Shown here: positions 28,649-32,000 of the stretch, in pieces | How the letters are laid out: the number at the start of each line of letters is the position of its first letter | How positions within the stretch are numbered: the first letter of the stretch is position 1 | Source: Mycolicibacterium smegmatis | GTDB taxonomy: Bacteria > Actinomycetota > Actinomycetes > Mycobacteriales > Mycobacteriaceae | DNA length: 32,000 bases | Direction of reading: 5' to 3' | NCBI RefSeq assembly: GCF_001457595.1 | Contig: NZ_LN831039.1 | Location: forward strand, 5,760,001-5,792,000 | Program-made: the position numbers and the translations under genes | The notes under the pieces: model-generated | What the model was told of the DNA's origin: nothing | The model's input: the letters and a program-made list of their open reading frames with translations, nothing else | Databases searched by the model: none

Positions 28649-28656
28649 GGAGACAC

Positions 28657-29109
28657 ATGGCCGCACCGTTGCTGCAAGCCCAGATCGACATCGACGCGCC
28701 CGTCGAGCGGGTCTGGTCGCTGATCTCGGACCTGCGCCGGATGCCCGAGTGGAGCCCGCAGTGCCGCCTCATGAAGACGATCGGCCCGTTGCGCCCCGGT
28801 GCGCTGACGGTCAACCTCAACCGCCGCAACTTCATGTTCTGGCCGACGACGTGCCACATCCTCGAGGTGATCCCCCAGCAGAAGCTCGCATTCCGCGTCG
28901 ACCTCAACAAGACCGTGTGGGCCTATGAACTCGAGCCCACCGAGACCGGCACGCGCGTGACCGAGAGCCGTCACGCCGAGAACGGCACGACCGCGGTGTC
29001 CAACGCGGTGATCACGGCGTTCTTCGGTGGTGTGCCCAACTTCGAGGGTGAGCTCATCGAGGGCATGAACCAGTCGCTGGCCCGCATCAAGGCGGCAGCC
29101 GAGCGCTGA
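28657..29109 (+). CDS. SRPBCC (START/polyketide cyclase-like) protein
   Basis: LLQAQIDIDAPVERVWSLISDLRRMPEWSPQCRLMKTIGPLRPGALTVNLNRR...TRVTESRHAENGT. Confidence 0.9.
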   Translation: MAAPLLQAQIDIDAPVERVWSLISDLRRMPEWSPQCRLMKTIGPLRPGALTVNLNRRNFMFWPTTCHILEVIPQQKLAFRVDLNKTVWAYELEPTETGTRVTESRHAENGTTAVSNAVITAFFGGVPNFEGELIEGMNQSLARIKAAAER

Positions 29110-29129
29110 TCTGCGATCCGATCCGGCCG

Positions 29130-29933
29130 TCAGTCGGCCAGGTCGAGAACCCCGTCGTCGAACGGTTCGTAGAGCGGCGACCCGGTGCCGGGCGGCGCCG
29201 GGGTGTCCGAATGGGCACCACAGCCGTACTCCGAGTCGACGACGTGGCCGTCGGCCGACAGTTCGTTGGCGCACACGCCGAACATCCGGCCCAACGCGCC
29301 ACCGAGCGGGAGGTAGAAGCCGCAGTCGCGGCACACCCGCTTGGTCGAACGGGCCATCGGCGAGTTGGGTCCGAATTCGCCGTCGTGCCAGCGCTGCGCG
29401 GCGGCCGCGCGGCCCCACTCGCTGAGCACCTGGCGACGGCCGAAGCCGAGTTCGAGCGCGGTCTCGTCGATCAGCGGGTCGCCGGTGGCCGAATAGCCGG
29501 GCACCAGCCGCGGATCGTCGGGCGGCGGTGCGAGCAGGTCACCCGGACCCAGATCGCCCGGGCGGATGCGTTCCTGCCACGGCACCCACTTGGGCGCCAG
29601 CAGCGCGGTGGGACCGGGCACGAGCACCAGTTCACTGATCGTGGCGCGGTCGGCGCCTGGATAGGCGGCCACCACGACGGCCCACTGCCAGCCGCGGTAA
29701 CCGGGCATGTTGGCCAGGAAGCGATGCGTCGCCGAGCTCGGGTCCTCGAGCGTCACGCCCAGGTATTCGCCGACGGTGTCCGCACCGCTGAACTCGGTCA
29801 GCGCGGCGCGCGCCACGTCGACGGCACCCCGCAGCACCGACTCCAGGCCCGGCGCGTCGGCCGCCGCGGCGGATCCGAGATCGCTGCCTTCGGCCCGGTC
29901 GGCGGGTTCGGTCACACTTTCCATCGCGTCCAT
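29130..29933 (-). CDS. DUF3027-family protein with Cys-rich C-terminal segment
   Basis: WQWAVVVAAYPGADRATISELVLVPGPTALLAPKWVPWQERIRPGDLGPGDLLAPPPDDPRLVPGY; start CAT 29931-29933. Confidence 0.87.
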   Translation of the reverse strand: MDAMESVTEPADRAEGSDLGSAAAADAPGLESVLRGAVDVARAALTEFSGADTVGEYLGVTLEDPSSATHRFLANMPGYRGWQWAVVVAAYPGADRATISELVLVPGPTALLAPKWVPWQERIRPGDLGPGDLLAPPPDDPRLVPGYSATGDPLIDETALELGFGRRQVLSEWGRAAAAQRWHDGEFGPNSPMARSTKRVCRDCGFYLPLGGALGRMFGVCANELSADGHVVDSEYGCGAHSDTPAPPGTGSPLYEPFDDGVLDLAD

Positions 29934-30010
29934 AGTGCCTGACCGGCACAACGCGGGGCCACACCGGTCGCCTGTGAGCCTTGCGCCGTCGGATAAGAGA
30001 GAATCGAGAA

Positions 30011-31663
30011 GTGACTTACTACCCGCCGCGGCCGCCAGGCGATCGCGGCGCGGAGCATCCCGGGATGGCCAACTATCCCAGCGACGAGACGCACCGCAGG
30101 CCGCGCAGGTCCTCGATGCCGAGCTCCAACCGCTGGCTCCCGCCACTGGACGAAGAGTCCCCTCGCGCTGAGCGCACGGGGTCCGCTCGCGGAGCCGGTC
30201 CCACAGCTGAGCCGGGAGCCGGCGAGCGCGTCACCGTGACCCGCGCCGCCGCGGCACGCAGCCGCGAGATGGGCTCGCGCATGTACGGCCTGGTGCACCG
30301 CGCCGCGACCGCCGACGGCGCCGACAAATCCGGGCTGACCGCGCTCACCTGGCCCGTGGTGGCCAACTTCGCCGTCGACGCCGCCATGGCCGTCGCCCTG
30401 GCCAACACGCTGTTCTTCGCCGCGGCCAGCGGCGAGTCGAAGAGCCGCGTCGCGCTGTACCTGCTGATCACCATCGCGCCGTTCGCGGTGATCGCGCCGC
30501 TCATCGGGCCCGCACTGGACCGCCTGCAGCACGGCCGCCGCGTCGCGCTGGCGGCGTCGTTCGCGCTGCGCACCGTGTTGATCGTGGTGCTGATCGCCAA
30601 CTACGACGGCGCGACCGGCAACTTCCCGTCGTGGGTGCTCTACCCGTGTGCGCTGGGCATGATGGTGCTCTCCAAATCGTTCTCGGTGCTGCGCAGCGCG
30701 GTGACGCCGCGTGTCCTGCCGCCGACCATCGACCTGGTGCGCGTCAACTCGCGGCTCACCACGTTCGGCCTGCTCGGCGGAACGGTCGCCGGTGGCGGTA
30801 TCGCCGCGGGCGCCGAGTACCTGTTCGGCCTCGTGCACCTGCCCGGCGCGCTGTACGTGATCGTCGCGGTCAGCGTCGCCGGCGCGGTGCTGTCGATGCG
30901 CATCCCCAAGTGGGTCGAGGTCACCGAGGGCGAGGTCCCCACGACGCTGAGCTACCACGGCGGCCCCGGGGAACTGCGCCGCCCGGAGCACCCCGACACG
31001 ACAGGTAAGCCCGACAAGCCGCAATCGGTACGCCAGCCCATGGGCCGCAACACGATCACCGCGCTTTGGGGCAACTGCACCATCAAGGTCATGGTCGGGT
31101 TCCTGTTCCTCTATCCCGCGTTCGTCGCCAAGTCGCACGACGCCAGCGGCTGGGAGCAACTGCTGATCCTCGGCATCATCGGCGCGGCCGCGGGCATCGG
31201 GAACTTTGCGGGCAACATGACCGCCGCACGGCTCAAGCTCGGCCACCCGGCGCAGATGGTCGTGCGTCTGGCGATCGTGGTCACCGTGTTCGCGCTGCTG
31301 GCCGCGTTGACCGGCAAGCTGCTGGTGGCCGCGCTCGCGACGCTGGTGACCTCGGGTGCCAGCGCGATCGCCAAGGCCTCACTCGACGCGTCGCTGCAGG
31401 ACGACCTTCCCGAGGCGTCGCGCGCCTCGGCGTTCGGGCGCTCCGAATCGGTGCTGCAGCTCGCGTGGGTGGCCGGCGGCGCCATCGGAGTGCTGATCTA
31501 CACAGACCTCTCAGTCGGGTTCACTACGATCACGGCCGTGCTGATACTCGGCCTGGCCCAGACCATCGTGAGCTACCGCGGCGAATCCCTCATCCCCGGC
31601 TTCGGCGGCAACCGCCCCGTGCTGGCGGAGCAGGAGGGGACGATGGCGTGGGGGGCCCGGTGA
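30011..31663 (+). CDS. MFS transporter (Rv0876c-like membrane protein)
   Basis: GTG start VTYYPPRPPGDRG; multiple TM segments from VANFAVDAAMAVALANTLFF; RLTTFGLLGGTVAGGGIAAGAEYLFG. Confidence 0.87.
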   Translation: MTYYPPRPPGDRGAEHPGMANYPSDETHRRPRRSSMPSSNRWLPPLDEESPRAERTGSARGAGPTAEPGAGERVTVTRAAAARSREMGSRMYGLVHRAATADGADKSGLTALTWPVVANFAVDAAMAVALANTLFFAAASGESKSRVALYLLITIAPFAVIAPLIGPALDRLQHGRRVALAASFALRTVLIVVLIANYDGATGNFPSWVLYPCALGMMVLSKSFSVLRSAVTPRVLPPTIDLVRVNSRLTTFGLLGGTVAGGGIAAGAEYLFGLVHLPGALYVIVAVSVAGAVLSMRIPKWVEVTEGEVPTTLSYHGGPGELRRPEHPDTTGKPDKPQSVRQPMGRNTITALWGNCTIKVMVGFLFLYPAFVAKSHDASGWEQLLILGIIGAAAGIGNFAGNMTAARLKLGHPAQMVVRLAIVVTVFALLAALTGKLLVAALATLVTSGASAIAKASLDASLQDDLPEASRASAFGRSESVLQLAWVAGGAIGVLIYTDLSVGFTTITAVLILGLAQTIVSYRGESLIPGFGGNRPVLAEQEGTMAWGAR

Positions 31664-32000
31664 AGCGCACCTTCGGGATCCTCGGGCTCGTCGTCGTCCT
31701 CGCGATCGCAGGCACCGGGATCGGTGTCTGGCGGCTGAGCAGCTCCCACGGCGAGAATCTGCCGCAGATCAGCGCCTACTCACACGGGCACACCGTGCGC
31801 ACCGGACCGTTCCAGTACTGCCCGGTGCTCGACCTCGACAACTGCCTCGACCCGCGCGAGGCGGCCGAACTGCGGGTCACCGAGAAGTACCCCGTGCAGC
31901 TTTCGGTGCCGTCGGCGATCGGACGGGCCCCATGGCGCCTGCTGCGGGTATACGAAAACCCCATCGACACAACGGTTTCGGTGTACCGCCCCAACACCAC
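31660..32000 (+). CDS. DUF2771-family lipoprotein/exported protein, N-terminal part (runs off right edge)
   Basis: VKRTFGILGLVVVLAIAGTGIGVWRLSSSHGENLPQISAYSHGHTVRTGPFQYCPVLDLDNC; GTGA overlap with upstream MFS. Confidence 0.8.
   Translation, partial: MKRTFGILGLVVVLAIAGTGIGVWRLSSSHGENLPQISAYSHGHTVRTGPFQYCPVLDLDNCLDPREAAELRVTEKYPVQLSVPSAIGRAPWRLLRVYENPIDTTVSVYRPNT

Noticed and set aside
29912-31246. 444-aa minus-strand ORF antisense to the C-terminal MFS gene
   Set aside because: No recognisable domain; shadow frame of a clear membrane protein gene.

Overview
This 32 kb window is an ordinary, densely packed, GC-rich actinobacterial core-chromosome segment. Gene content and order match the Mycobacterium tuberculosis Rv0903c (prrA) to Rv0875c interval from memory; the organism is most likely a fast-growing mycobacterium (inference). 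I call 27 protein genes: a LysR regulator (partial), an epoxide hydrolase, three ABC exporters, PrrA/PrrB, an FKBP isomerase, DUF2630, an FAD oxidoreductase, a MarR plus DHA2-type MFS pair, YbaK-like protein, GltA2, TetR, MFS, PdxH, CitA, a maleylpyruvate isomerase/DinB-like protein, two VOC proteins, FprB, an AurF-like diiron protein, methionine aminopeptidase, SerC, SepH, DUF2537, a SpoU/TrmH methyltransferase, MarR, DUF2530, SRPBCC, DUF3027, MFS and DUF2771 (partial). I see no CRISPR array, tRNA/rRNA, prophage, transposase or clear new defence system. The best second-look items are: an AurF-like diiron protein next to a ferredoxin/FNR fusion; an ABC pair whose sequence deviations fall in one composite ATP site; an 81-nt convergent intergenic gap filled by a 20-bp-arm hairpin; a duplicated fossil of the FKBP gene 3' end beside prrB; and a MarR-type palindrome directly upstream of the MFS-marR operon. 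All family calls are made by eye from the translations, with no database search.
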